55,735 nt of DNA, taken from an uncultured virus (IMG/VR IMGVR_UViG_3300025127_000014). Its lineage: Duplodnaviria > Heunggongvirae > Uroviricota > Caudoviricetes. Positions within the stretch are counted from its first letter, which is position 1. Every line of letters begins with the position of its first letter. Below are positions 1-9,123 of the stretch, in pieces. A program made the position numbers and the translations under genes. The notes beneath the pieces are model-generated. The model saw only the letters and a program-made list of their open reading frames with translations. It was not told the origin of the DNA and did no database searches. The stretch lies in the IMG/VR virus record IMGVR_UViG_3300025127_000014; one strand, given 5' to 3'.

Positions 1-468
1 GATATACATTTGTGGAATTGTGAAAATGTCTTTGGAGGCTCAATTGGTCGCTCCGAGGCCAAAGAGAAATTTTTTGCTTGGCTTTATAATCCCGAATCAA
101 AAGAGATAGAAAATGATTTTTATAATCGTGATTCACTATTAGAGCAGTATTATTCTAATGGCTGCATTTCTACACCATTTGGCAGAGTTATCGAAGTTGA
201 AAAAAGAAAAGCGTTTAATTACTTGATCCAGAGCACAACGTCTGATATAGTGTTAAAACAGGCGGTTAAGTTGGATCAGTTTTTGCATGGTAAAAAATCA
301 TTTATATCTCATATCGTCCATGACGAAATAGTAATCGATTTGGATGACAGCGAACGTAATATTGTACCACTGATGCGCAATATATTTGAAAACAATATTT
401 TTGGCTCTTTTGTGTCAAATGTCAATGCAGGCAAAAATTACTACGATTTGAAGGAGCTTAATTTATGA
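1..468 (+). CDS. DNA polymerase family A-like protein, C-terminal part (5' truncated by window)
   Basis: Frame open from base 1; motif B-like DIH...RSEAKEKFFAWLY, TPFGR, NYLIQSTTSD, motif C HIVHDEIV. Confidence 0.85.
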   Translation, partial: DIHLWNCENVFGGSIGRSEAKEKFFAWLYNPESKEIENDFYNRDSLLEQYYSNGCISTPFGRVIEVEKRKAFNYLIQSTTSDIVLKQAVKLDQFLHGKKSFISHIVHDEIVIDLDDSERNIVPLMRNIFENNIFGSFVSNVNAGKNYYDLKELNL

Positions 469-1328
469 TTTCATTGTTAGGCATTGGTACAGCCGGCGAA
501 AATATAGTTGAATGTTTTCAAAACAATAAAGAATACGATTGTTATGTTATTTCAGACAACATTGAAAGATCAAGCAAATATCGTAGAAAAATCAAGAGGC
601 AAGAAAACCTTGAAGATTACGAAACTTCAATTCCAAATCTTAAAAAATTTTTTACTAATATTAATGATCATGTGCAAGTGTTTGTGTGCGGCGCTGGGCG
701 TACAGCAAACGCTACTCTGGCGATTCTGCAGTATTTACAAGATAAGAAGATTGATATTTTCTACATACAGCCAGATGTTGATCTTTTAATGGGCGTCAAT
801 AAACTTCAGGAAAGAGCGATTTTTGGTGTTCTGCAAGAATATGCCAGATCGGGCATTTTTAATTCTTTCACCGCTTTCAGCAATCCTATTTTGGAAGATT
901 CTATCGGCTCAGTCCCAATTAAAAAGTACTTTGAAACGATAAATAAAACTATTTATTATTGCGTACACTACAAAAATCTTTTTGATTATACATCGCCTAT
1001 AATTGGCAATCTATCGCCCCCTCCGGAGGTACAAAGACTCCGCGCCTTGGGGCGTGTGGATCCGTATAGTCTTGAAGAAAATTGGTATTTTAATCTTGAC
1101 AATTCCCGTGACGTATGTTACTATATCTGCATATCTACAGAAAAACTTGAGAAAGATGGAGATTTACACAAAAAAATTATTAAGAATCTTAAAGATAAAC
1201 CTCGCAATGCATTCAAAAACGTGTCGTATGCCGTTTATGAATCGCCATTCGAAACAGACTTTGGGTTTTGCGTTGCCCATACCAACGTAATTCAACAAAA
1301 AACTCTTGACAAGCTAGAACAAGAGTGA
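465..1328 (+). CDS. Divergent tubulin/FtsZ-like protein
   Basis: N-terminal LLGIGTAGENI matches FtsZ/tubulin GxGxAGxN loop; CGAGRTA at expected signature-loop position; length fits. Confidence 0.6.
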   Translation: MISLLGIGTAGENIVECFQNNKEYDCYVISDNIERSSKYRRKIKRQENLEDYETSIPNLKKFFTNINDHVQVFVCGAGRTANATLAILQYLQDKKIDIFYIQPDVDLLMGVNKLQERAIFGVLQEYARSGIFNSFTAFSNPILEDSIGSVPIKKYFETINKTIYYCVHYKNLFDYTSPIIGNLSPPPEVQRLRALGRVDPYSLEENWYFNLDNSRDVCYYICISTEKLEKDGDLHKKIIKNLKDKPRNAFKNVSYAVYESPFETDFGFCVAHTNVIQQKTLDKLEQE

Positions 1329-1334
1329 TACATT
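1306..1334 (+). promoter_or_regulatory. Sigma70-type promoter for SSB gene
   Basis: TTGACA-17-TACATT with TG upstream of -10. Confidence 0.7.
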
Positions 1335-1388
1335 AGATGCTGTGGAACGCACAGTATACTTTATAACAACAAATAGGAGAAAATACTA

Positions 1389-2159
1389 ATGTCAATCAAT
1401 ATGGAACTAATGAGGCAAAAACTTGCTTCCCTTCGTGGTGAAGGAAATGGTGATAGAGGGCCGTCTGTCTGGTTCAAGCCAGATGAAGGCGATCAAGATA
1501 TTCGGATCGTACCAACTGCTGATGGCGATCCGTTGAAGGAGATGTTCTTCCACTATAATGTGGGTGATCATAAGGGTGGTGTGCTTTGCCCCAAGCGCAA
1601 CTTCGGTGAGCGCTGCCCTGTATGCGATTTCGCGTCATCTTTGTGGCGCGAGGGCACTGAGAATAACGATGAGGAAAGCAAGAAGCTGGCAAAGTCACTT
1701 TTTGTTCGTCAACGTTACTTCTCTCCGGTTGTGGTACGCGGCCGTGAGGACGAAGGTGTTAAGGTCTATGGTTACGGAAAGACCGCGTATGAGTTGCTTT
1801 TGGGCTATATTTTAGATCCAGAGTACGGTGATATCACAGATTCTGTTGAAGGAACAGATATTACATTAACTTATACGAAACCCACACGTCCCGGTGCGTA
1901 TCCTCAAACCAACTTAAAGATGCGTCGGAACACTAGCCCCCTCCTAAGTGATCCCGATGCAATCCCCGGGCTTCTTCAAAATATGCCCGATTTTGACACT
2001 TTGTTCGAGCGCCTCACGCCTGAACAAGTTGATGCCATCCTCGATGAGCAGCTTTCTGGTAATACTTCTGCGGAAGCGCGCTCAAATCAAACCGAGGCCT
2101 ATGGCAAGAAGGAAGCCAGCGATGTTGACAAGGCATTTGATGAATTAATGGCCGGTTGA
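1389..2159 (+). CDS. Single-stranded DNA-binding protein, T4 gp32-like
   Basis: WFKP..G...IRIVP, His/Cys Zn ligands HYN..LCPK..CPVC, DITD..EGTDI, acidic tail DVDKAFDELMAG; AGGAG RBS. Confidence 0.85.
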   Translation: MSINMELMRQKLASLRGEGNGDRGPSVWFKPDEGDQDIRIVPTADGDPLKEMFFHYNVGDHKGGVLCPKRNFGERCPVCDFASSLWREGTENNDEESKKLAKSLFVRQRYFSPVVVRGREDEGVKVYGYGKTAYELLLGYILDPEYGDITDSVEGTDITLTYTKPTRPGAYPQTNLKMRRNTSPLLSDPDAIPGLLQNMPDFDTLFERLTPEQVDAILDEQLSGNTSAEARSNQTEAYGKKEASDVDKAFDELMAG

Positions 2160-2167
2160 CAGATGAA

Positions 2168-2198
2168 AGCCGATACGCCCCGGTTACAATAGGGCGCC
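2168..2198 (+). ncRNA. Predicted H-type pseudoknot, copy 1 (3' of SSB stop)
   Basis: AGCCG/CGGTT stem crossing CGCCC/GGGCG stem; short T run follows. Confidence 0.5.
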
Positions 2199-2228
2199 CT
2201 TTTTCAATAACATACAAGGAGATATATT

Positions 2229-2501
2229 ATGTTAGATTGGATCAAGTCCGTATGGGCTAAATGGAAAGTTCAAGTAAGTGTTGTTGGCGGCGTGCTAGTT
2301 GTAGCTACTACCTACGGTACATGCTCAGTTGAGCCACCCGACGCAGCACCTGCGGCTACGACCGAGGAAACAACCACGGCATTGCCGGCATCCTCGACTG
2401 AGACCACGGACGACTCCACCACCGGTACTACTGGCACCGATGGAACTACAACAGAGACAACGGGTGATGGAACCACCACTACAGAAACGACTACCGAGTA
2501 G
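2229..2501 (+). CDS. Small membrane-anchored or lipoprotein-like protein with Thr/acidic tail
   Basis: AAGGAG RBS; hydrophobic segment then TYGTC; Thr-rich low-complexity C-terminus. Confidence 0.8.
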   Translation: MLDWIKSVWAKWKVQVSVVGGVLVVATTYGTCSVEPPDAAPAATTEETTTALPASSTETTDDSTTGTTGTDGTTTETTGDGTTTTETTTE

Positions 2502-2507
2502 TCTAAG

Positions 2508-2540
2508 AGCCGCTGGCAGACCGGTGAAAAGTCTGCCGCC
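2508..2540 (+). ncRNA. Predicted H-type pseudoknot, copy 2
   Basis: GCCG/CGGT stem crossing GGCAGAC/GTCTGCC stem; same topology as copy 1. Confidence 0.5.
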
Positions 2541-2574
2541 TTACTATATAAATTTAGCGATGGAGGTGTCATGA

Positions 2575-3606
2575 ATGACTTACAAATTTCAAATGAATCA
2601 CTGGTTGGAAGTAATTACATCTTCCGCGCCTCCTACATGGGGTGTTGTCGGTGCTGATGGTGCCGTAGGTTATGCCACCGGCAGCGAACCAACGACTTGG
2701 ACTGGATACAGATCGCCCGCTGATGCATCTGCCAACGATCACACCGATCTTGGCTATGGAGAGGATGGTAGTGGAAATAATCGTTGGGTTCGAACAACAT
2801 CAAACAATAATCTTGAGTTGGCCTACACAGACGATATTACCGATAGTTCTGCTTGGAATAATGTCAACGTGACTGGTAGGCGCTACAATGTCAAGTGGGC
2901 AAATGATAAGTGGATTGCAATTGGGTCAACTTCGGAGGACGACATTCTAACCTCGACAGACGGCGCTACTTGGAATTCTGTTGACGTGTCAGGCTTAGGG
3001 TTATCAAACACCAACATCACATCATTGGCTACAGATGGTGGTAATAATTGGATCTTCGGCCAGAGTGCTAAAGTTTATGCTTCAACCGATCATGGTGTTA
3101 ATTGGTTCATGCTTAAAGACTTTGCCGATGGCTCTATTATCCACGAAGCAGCTTACTCGAACAACAAGTGGTATGTATTTAGAACCGATGTTGGGGGCAG
3201 TAATGTAGCTGAAAAGGTGGGGGTTGCTGCCTCTGCCAGTTCTGGAAGCTGGACGGACTCGGCGGATCTCAATATTGGTGACGTCGCTAGAGCCATGTTT
3301 GCTTCAGTTTCTACCGGATCAGCCTCTGAATCTACGGTCATTGTAGTCAATAGTAATGATGTTGCACGTAGTGTTGACAGCGGCGCTAATTTCACTAAGT
3401 TAAATAATGTTCTTTCCCACGGGTCTGCACGCTCTGTTACTTCAGATGGAGATGGTAATTGGGTTGTCTCACATGACGATGGTAGAATGTCATTTAGTAA
3501 TGATGACGGAGAAACTTGGTCGAGCGGCACGGCTAGCGGAATCCAGTTTGGTACTGGTACAGAGGACATCGATGCTGTCGCAGTAGATAAGATATTACCA
3601 CTATAA
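2575..3606 (+). CDS. Asp-box (BNR) repeat beta-propeller protein, possibly virion-associated
   Basis: Repeats STDGATW, STDHGVNW, SVDSGANF, SNDDGETW; GGAGGT RBS. Confidence 0.75.
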   Translation: MTYKFQMNHWLEVITSSAPPTWGVVGADGAVGYATGSEPTTWTGYRSPADASANDHTDLGYGEDGSGNNRWVRTTSNNNLELAYTDDITDSSAWNNVNVTGRRYNVKWANDKWIAIGSTSEDDILTSTDGATWNSVDVSGLGLSNTNITSLATDGGNNWIFGQSAKVYASTDHGVNWFMLKDFADGSIIHEAAYSNNKWYVFRTDVGGSNVAEKVGVAASASSGSWTDSADLNIGDVARAMFASVSTGSASESTVIVVNSNDVARSVDSGANFTKLNNVLSHGSARSVTSDGDGNWVVSHDDGRMSFSNDDGETWSSGTASGIQFGTGTEDIDAVAVDKILPL

Positions 3607-3622
3607 AACCGATCATTCTTCC

Positions 3623-3651
3623 TTGACAGCTTAATGTTATAGTGTTATTAT
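3623..3651 (+). promoter_or_regulatory. Sigma70-type promoter for recA
   Basis: TTGACA-17-TATTAT with extended TG. Confidence 0.75.
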
Positions 3652-3675
3652 ATATGTAACCAATCAGGAGGTTAT

Positions 3676-4791
3676 ATGGCTAAAGCCAAGGCTGGTCGTG
3701 TATCTATGCACGATCTAATGAAGCTAGTAAATAAAAAAGCTGGCCGTGAGGTGGCACACGATCTTACCACCGACAATCCCACATCTGTTAAAGAGTGGAT
3801 CCCAACAGGCTCACGATGGCTTGATTCTATTATTTGCAAGGGTCAATTAGCCGGTATCCCTGTTGGTAAAATTACAGAGATTGCCGGACTTCAATCAACC
3901 GGTAAGTCTTACATGGCAGCACAAATTGCTGCTAATGCACAGAAGCAAGGCAAGCTTGTTGTCTACTTTGATTCTGAATCAGCTATTGATCCCACGTTCT
4001 TAGAAAGGACAGGTTGTGATCTTGAACGATTGATGTATGTGCAAGCACAATCAGTTGAGTTTGTTCTTGAGACTATCGAAGAGTTACTGGGAGCATCAGA
4101 TGAACAATTAGTCTTAATCTGGGATTCATTGGCGTTTACCCCGTCTATCTCAGATGTTGAGGGTGATTTCAACCCACAGTCAACAGTTGCAACCAAGGCT
4201 CGTATCTTGGCCAAGGGTATGTCAAAGCTTGTAATCCCGATTGCAGATCAAAAGGCAACATTTATTGTTCTCAATCAATTGAAGACCAATATCCCACAAG
4301 GTCCGATGGCAAGACAAATTGCGATGACCACACCATATATTACACCCGGTGGCAAAGCAATGCACTACTCTTATTCATTGCGCATTTGGCTCACCGGCAG
4401 AAAGTCTAAGGCTGCAGCAGTCCTTGATGAGAAGGGGTTCAAGATCGGCTCTGAGGTTAAGGTAAAGCTTGAAAAGTCAAGGTTTGGCACCGAGGGTAGA
4501 AACTGCACATTCCGTATTTTGTGGGGTACTGAAGAAATTGGTATCCAAGATCAAGAGTCATGGTTTGATGCTGTTAAGGGATCAAAACAAATGCAGTCCG
4601 CTGGTTCGTGGTACACACTAACGATGGGAGACTACACTAAGAAGTTTCAGCCATCTAAGTGGACTGAATTAGTGAAGGGTGATGATGAGTTCAGAGCTAA
4701 GATTCTTGAACTTATGGACGTTGAGGTTATTCAGAAATTTGATAATAGACAGGGTAATGCGGCTGACTATTATGATGAAGACGAAGAATAA
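3676..4791 (+). CDS. recA: RecA/UvsX recombinase
   Basis: IPTGS..LD, Walker A GLQSTGKS, YFDSESA, IWDSLA, NQLK, TPGGKAM. Confidence 0.95.
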   Translation: MAKAKAGRVSMHDLMKLVNKKAGREVAHDLTTDNPTSVKEWIPTGSRWLDSIICKGQLAGIPVGKITEIAGLQSTGKSYMAAQIAANAQKQGKLVVYFDSESAIDPTFLERTGCDLERLMYVQAQSVEFVLETIEELLGASDEQLVLIWDSLAFTPSISDVEGDFNPQSTVATKARILAKGMSKLVIPIADQKATFIVLNQLKTNIPQGPMARQIAMTTPYITPGGKAMHYSYSLRIWLTGRKSKAAAVLDEKGFKIGSEVKVKLEKSRFGTEGRNCTFRILWGTEEIGIQDQESWFDAVKGSKQMQSAGSWYTLTMGDYTKKFQPSKWTELVKGDDEFRAKILELMDVEVIQKFDNRQGNAADYYDEDEE

Positions 4792-4794
4792 TAC

Positions 4795-4823
4795 TTGACA
4801 AGTGCTTTTAACTAACTTATAAT
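4795..4823 (+). promoter_or_regulatory. Consensus sigma70 promoter for uvsE
   Basis: TTGACA-17-TATAAT. Confidence 0.85.
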
Positions 4824-4848
4824 AATAACATAACTGAGGGGTTTTTAC

Positions 4849-5784
4849 ATGTCTAATGAATTGGGCTATGCCTGTATCAATATGGGCTTTTCATCGCTGC
4901 CAAAATCGCAGCGCATCACAACTAATCGTAGTATGATCAAGCGAACATTTCTAGACCGCGGCATCGAGTATGCCGCGGAGCTAGCGCTTCATAATCTACG
5001 TGATCTACATACTATTCTTGAGTGGAATCTTGAGAATGATATTTACTTTTATCGGCTTTCATCCGATATTATTCCGTGGGCTTCCGAATACAAGCTTGAA
5101 GAACTGCCTAATTTTGGCGCTGTACACGCTGCGTGCCTCAAGGCAGGTAACTTTGCCCGCAAGCATGGAATGCGCCTCACAGCGCATCCCGGGCCGTTTA
5201 ACAAGCTAGCATCACCAAAGGAGCGAGTGTTTGAATTGACTAAGACTGATTTGTCCGTACACGCTGACCTATTTGATCTTATTGGATTGCCACGCACACC
5301 GTATGCCAAGCTTAACATTCACGTCGGCGCTGCGTATGGTGATAAGCCATTTGCACTTGACAACTTCTGTCGTAACTTTGAGCGTTTGCCTGAGAATGTG
5401 CGTTCACGCTTGACAGTCGAGAATGATGACAAAACATCTCTATACTCAACGCTTGAATTGTACGAAGGTGTTTACAAACGCATTGGCATCCCTATTGTGT
5501 TTGACTATCACCATCACATGCTACATCCCGGTGGACAGACTGAGCAGGAAGCACTTGAGCTTGCTTTGTCTACATGGGGCGATATTAAGCCAGTGGTTCA
5601 CTATGCTGAGTCTCGCTCACTTGAGCACGGTAATCCAAAGATTAAGCCACAAGCACACTCCGATCTGGTTTACAATACACTAAACGATTACGGAAATGAA
5701 TTTGACATTATGATTGAGGCGAAGCATAAAGAGCTTGCATTACTTCAGTATCGTGATATATTAAACAAAAGGAGGGTTGCATAA
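4849..5784 (+). CDS. uvsE: UV DNA damage endonuclease
   Basis: LGYACIN, FYRLSS, RLTAHPGPF, NIHVG, RLTVENDD, FDYHHH, AHSD, MIEAKHKELAL. Confidence 0.95.
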   Translation: MSNELGYACINMGFSSLPKSQRITTNRSMIKRTFLDRGIEYAAELALHNLRDLHTILEWNLENDIYFYRLSSDIIPWASEYKLEELPNFGAVHAACLKAGNFARKHGMRLTAHPGPFNKLASPKERVFELTKTDLSVHADLFDLIGLPRTPYAKLNIHVGAAYGDKPFALDNFCRNFERLPENVRSRLTVENDDKTSLYSTLELYEGVYKRIGIPIVFDYHHHMLHPGGQTEQEALELALSTWGDIKPVVHYAESRSLEHGNPKIKPQAHSDLVYNTLNDYGNEFDIMIEAKHKELALLQYRDILNKRRVA

Positions 5785-5879
5785 TGGAATACTACCAAGT
5801 TATTGTGAACGGCGTTGTCGCATTTATTGTGGTTGGCTTTTTTTATTCGCTCTATATAATTGATAATTTGGATGTGTAA
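5784..5879 (+). CDS. 31-aa single-TM peptide MEYYQVIVNGVVAFIVVGFFYSLYIIDNLDV
   Basis: AAGGAGG RBS; TAATG coupling on both sides; below ORF-track cutoff. Confidence 0.65.
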   Translation: MEYYQVIVNGVVAFIVVGFFYSLYIIDNLDV

Positions 5880-6214
5880 TGTCTGATAAAGTTTATTATG
5901 ATGAGAGTTGTTATGTTTGTTCTCTAGAGATTGCGGCCATTCGTGACCGAGCGGAGGCCTGCGGCATTGAATTTATTGACATTAGTGCTGATGAGTTTGA
6001 TGGTAATATCAAAGACTTTGAAAAAGAAATGATTGGCTGGTTTAACTCAAAGGCCACCAAGGGGCCCGAAACATTCCGCTTGATGTATGAAAAAATGGGG
6101 TTTCGTAAATCTGTTTGGTTCTCACGTCTACCGGTTGTCAGAATCGTTTTTGATACTGGTTATTACATTTTTGCATTTGGTATCAGACCATATTTACCGA
6201 GGAAAAAGAAATGA
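5879..6214 (+). CDS. DCC1/DUF393-like thiol-disulfide oxidoreductase
   Basis: VYYDESCYVC, IEFIDIS, GY.IFA..IR pattern. Confidence 0.75.
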   Translation: MSDKVYYDESCYVCSLEIAAIRDRAEACGIEFIDISADEFDGNIKDFEKEMIGWFNSKATKGPETFRLMYEKMGFRKSVWFSRLPVVRIVFDTGYYIFAFGIRPYLPRKKK

Positions 6215-6396
6215 AATTTATTATTGACTATTTTAAAAATAGAAAAACTAATAAGATTAGAAAAGATATTCAAAGGCTGCAAACCGATGCCATGCACTAT
6301 CAGCGTAATGGTAATCTTCGTATGCTTGGGTATATTATGTCCGAAATTCAGGAATTAGAAAATAAATTATTGGATTTGGAAGATGACGAAGATTGA
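6211..6396 (+). CDS. Small helical hypothetical protein (AMHYQRNGNLR motif)
   Basis: ATGA overlap with upstream gene; fills operon gap. Confidence 0.7.
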   Translation: MKFIIDYFKNRKTNKIRKDIQRLQTDAMHYQRNGNLRMLGYIMSEIQELENKLLDLEDDED

Positions 6397-6688
6397 TCAT
6401 ATTGCTCTAGTGGTTGATGAGCCTAAGTTAGCCGCGAAATGGTATGAGTTTAATTTTAATGCTGAGTTGCTGTATGCTGATGAGACATGGGCGTTTATTG
6501 AGTTTGAAAATATTAAAATGGCTTTTGTTAAAAAAGGTCAACATCCACGACATTTTGCTTTTGAGGTCGACAACTTTGACGACATCGAGGGCAAAGTAAA
6601 AACACACAGAGACGGCTCCAGATCTGTATACAAAAGTGATCCTTGGGGCAACATTTACGAGTTAATTAATTATGAACATGAAGAATGA
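6383..6688 (+). CDS. VOC/glyoxalase-family protein
   Basis: KIDHIALVV, HFAFEV, SVYKSDPWGNIYELI. Confidence 0.85.
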   Translation: MTKIDHIALVVDEPKLAAKWYEFNFNAELLYADETWAFIEFENIKMAFVKKGQHPRHFAFEVDNFDDIEGKVKTHRDGSRSVYKSDPWGNIYELINYEHEE

Positions 6689-7667
6689 AAAAAAGAGAGT
6701 GCTTGTCATTGATGCATTAAATATGTATCTTAGAGCTTATATTGTTGATCCAAGTTTGTCACGCCATGGCCAGCCAATTGGAGGACTGAAGGGGTCTCTG
6801 AAAATTTTACAAAAATTGGTTCGCACCACAAAGCCTGACAATATTATTATCGCTTGGGATGGACCTGATGGCTCACGAAAGAGAAAAACAATCGATAAGA
6901 ACTATAAGCAAGGTCGCAAGCCTATTCGTTTGAATCGAGCGTTTCATAACCTCACTGATGATGAAGAAATTCAAAACAAGATCTGGCAACAAAGCCGTCT
7001 TATTGAATATCTGAATGAAATGCCTATCATTCAGACTATGATCGAGCAAGTGGAAGCCGATGATGTGATTTCGTATGTGTGCAACATGCCACACTATGAT
7101 GGCTGGCAAAAAATTATTGTGTCTAACGACAAAGACTTTATGCAGCTTTGCGACGAAGAGACAGTGTTATGGCGCCCTACGAAAGATGAGCTATTGAACA
7201 CTAACAGAATTGTTGAACAAACAGGCGTACACCCAACAAACATGGCGCTCGCAAGGGCTATCATCGGTGATGCATCTGATAACTTGCCCGGTGTAAGAGG
7301 GGTTGGTTTTGGCACGGTTGGTAAGAGACTACAGTTTCTCTCAGAAGAAAAAACGTTTACTATTGACGATATTATTGGCCACTGTGAGGAACAACTTGAG
7401 GACAGTAAATTAAAAGTTTATTCCAATATTATTGACAACAAAGAGCTTATTGAACACAATTATAAAATGATGCAACTTTATGCTCCACAAATGTCTGTTC
7501 AATCAAAGATTTTTGTTAAAGAGTCAATAGAAAATTTTGATTTTAATTTCAACAAAACATCGATTTTAGGCATGATGATGGAAGATGGTTTTGGTGAATT
7601 AAATTGGGAAGAACTTAAGACAAACTTAAACAGAATTGCTAGCATTGGTGTTGACATTGCTAGTTGA
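6672..7667 (+). CDS. 5'-3' exonuclease / flap endonuclease (Pol I N-terminal, T4 RNase H-like)
   Basis: LVIDALN, AWDG, YKQGR, EADDVI, SNDKDFMQL, GDASDNLPGVRGVG. Confidence 0.92.
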   Translation: MNMKNEKKRVLVIDALNMYLRAYIVDPSLSRHGQPIGGLKGSLKILQKLVRTTKPDNIIIAWDGPDGSRKRKTIDKNYKQGRKPIRLNRAFHNLTDDEEIQNKIWQQSRLIEYLNEMPIIQTMIEQVEADDVISYVCNMPHYDGWQKIIVSNDKDFMQLCDEETVLWRPTKDELLNTNRIVEQTGVHPTNMALARAIIGDASDNLPGVRGVGFGTVGKRLQFLSEEKTFTIDDIIGHCEEQLEDSKLKVYSNIIDNKELIEHNYKMMQLYAPQMSVQSKIFVKESIENFDFNFNKTSILGMMMEDGFGELNWEELKTNLNRIASIGVDIAS

Positions 7668-7684
7668 ATTAAAGACATTTATAT

Positions 7685-7712
7685 TTGACTTTACATCATG
7701 TTGTGTTATAAT
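7685..7712 (+). promoter_or_regulatory. Sigma70-type promoter for helicase
   Basis: TTGACT-16-TATAAT with extended TG. Confidence 0.7.
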
Positions 7713-7735
7713 TAATACCGCATACCGAGGGGCCA

Positions 7736-9118
7736 ATGCAGACTGAGAAAATTGATTTTGGCCGTTATGGTAAAGCCTTCCAAGAAGGCCTTGTGCAGCT
7801 TATCTTAGAAGATCGCAGCTTTGCTGATCAAATAACAGAAGTTTTAGATATTAACTTTCTTGAATTAGAATATCTCAAGATGTTTGTTGGTAAACTTATT
7901 AAGTATAGAAACAAGTATGGTACGCATCCATCTCGTGAAGCGTTGATTACTATTTTTAAGACTGAATTTGAAAATGAGGATGAAGTTGCTTACAATCAAT
8001 TAATGTCGTATTGTGATAAGATTGATATTCACGAAGTTACAGACACCTCTTATATTAAAGAAGTATCATTAGAGTTTTGCAGAAAGCAAAAATTGAAAGA
8101 GGCAATGATTGAATCTGTCAATTTGCTACAGTCTTGTTCTTTTGATGAAATATCCAAGGTAATAAATGATGCTCTTAAACTTGGCTCAGATAATAATTTT
8201 GGTTACGATTATTTGGCGGACTTTGAAGAAAGATTCATACCCAAATTTCGCAATCCTGTAACTACAGGCTGGGCTGACATTGATAGTATCTCAAGCGGTG
8301 GTCTAGGCAAAAGTGAACTTGGCGTTGTGATCGCACCAACAGGCGCCGGCAAATCAATGGTTTTGGTTCATCTTGGCGCGCAAGCACTCAAAGAAAACAA
8401 GACTATTGTACATTACACTTTGGAATTGCAAGATACGGTTGTGGCGTCAAGATATGACAGTTGTATAACCGGCTTTCCATTGTCAGATTTGAAAACTTTT
8501 AAGAATGAAATTTATGATGTTGTCAAGGATATTGAAGGTAAGCTAATTGTTAAAGAATATCCTACAAAGTCTGCGTCAACTAATACAATAAAGACACACT
8601 TGGCAAAGCTTCAAAAACGTGGGATAAAACCGGGGATGATTGTTGTTGATTATGCTGATTTGTTGAAGCCAGTTGTGGTCAGAAAAGAAAAGAGAAACGA
8701 ACTCGAATCAATTTATGAAGAGTTGAGAGCAATATCGCAAGAGTTTGAGTGCCCAGTTTGGACAGCTTCCCAAACCAACCGATCTGGTCTTAACGCCGAA
8801 GTGATCACGATGGAACAGATTTCTGAGGCATTTAATAAATGTTTTGTTGCTGATTTTATTTGCACTATATCGCGTACCATTGAGGATAAACAAAAAAATC
8901 AAGGAAAAATGTTCATTGCAAAGAATCGAAACGGTCCCGATGGTATTATTTATGATATATTCATGGATACTTCAAATGTTTGTATTAAAATGTTGCCAAA
9001 AGTTACAAGCGTTATACCAAATTCAAAACTACCTATGAATCCCGTTCCTGTCACGGCTAAGGAACAAAGAGACATTTTGCAAAGCCGCTATGAGAAGTTC
9101 AGAACTAAAAGGAAATAA
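7736..9118 (+). CDS. dnaB: Replicative DNA helicase, DnaB/gp41-like
   Basis: Walker A APTGAGKS, TLE, VDYADLL, WTASQTNR, AKNRNG. Confidence 0.92.
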   Translation: MQTEKIDFGRYGKAFQEGLVQLILEDRSFADQITEVLDINFLELEYLKMFVGKLIKYRNKYGTHPSREALITIFKTEFENEDEVAYNQLMSYCDKIDIHEVTDTSYIKEVSLEFCRKQKLKEAMIESVNLLQSCSFDEISKVINDALKLGSDNNFGYDYLADFEERFIPKFRNPVTTGWADIDSISSGGLGKSELGVVIAPTGAGKSMVLVHLGAQALKENKTIVHYTLELQDTVVASRYDSCITGFPLSDLKTFKNEIYDVVKDIEGKLIVKEYPTKSASTNTIKTHLAKLQKRGIKPGMIVVDYADLLKPVVVRKEKRNELESIYEELRAISQEFECPVWTASQTNRSGLNAEVITMEQISEAFNKCFVADFICTISRTIEDKQKNQGKMFIAKNRNGPDGIIYDIFMDTSNVCIKMLPKVTSVIPNSKLPMNPVPVTAKEQRDILQSRYEKFRTKRK

Positions 9119-9123
9119 TATCA

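Noticed and set aside
2157..2575. Retrovirus-like stop-codon readthrough at stop + spacer + pseudoknot
   Set aside because: Readthrough of the SSB TGA hits TAG after 10 codons, and readthrough of TAG 2501 is out of frame with the 2575 gene, so no fusion results
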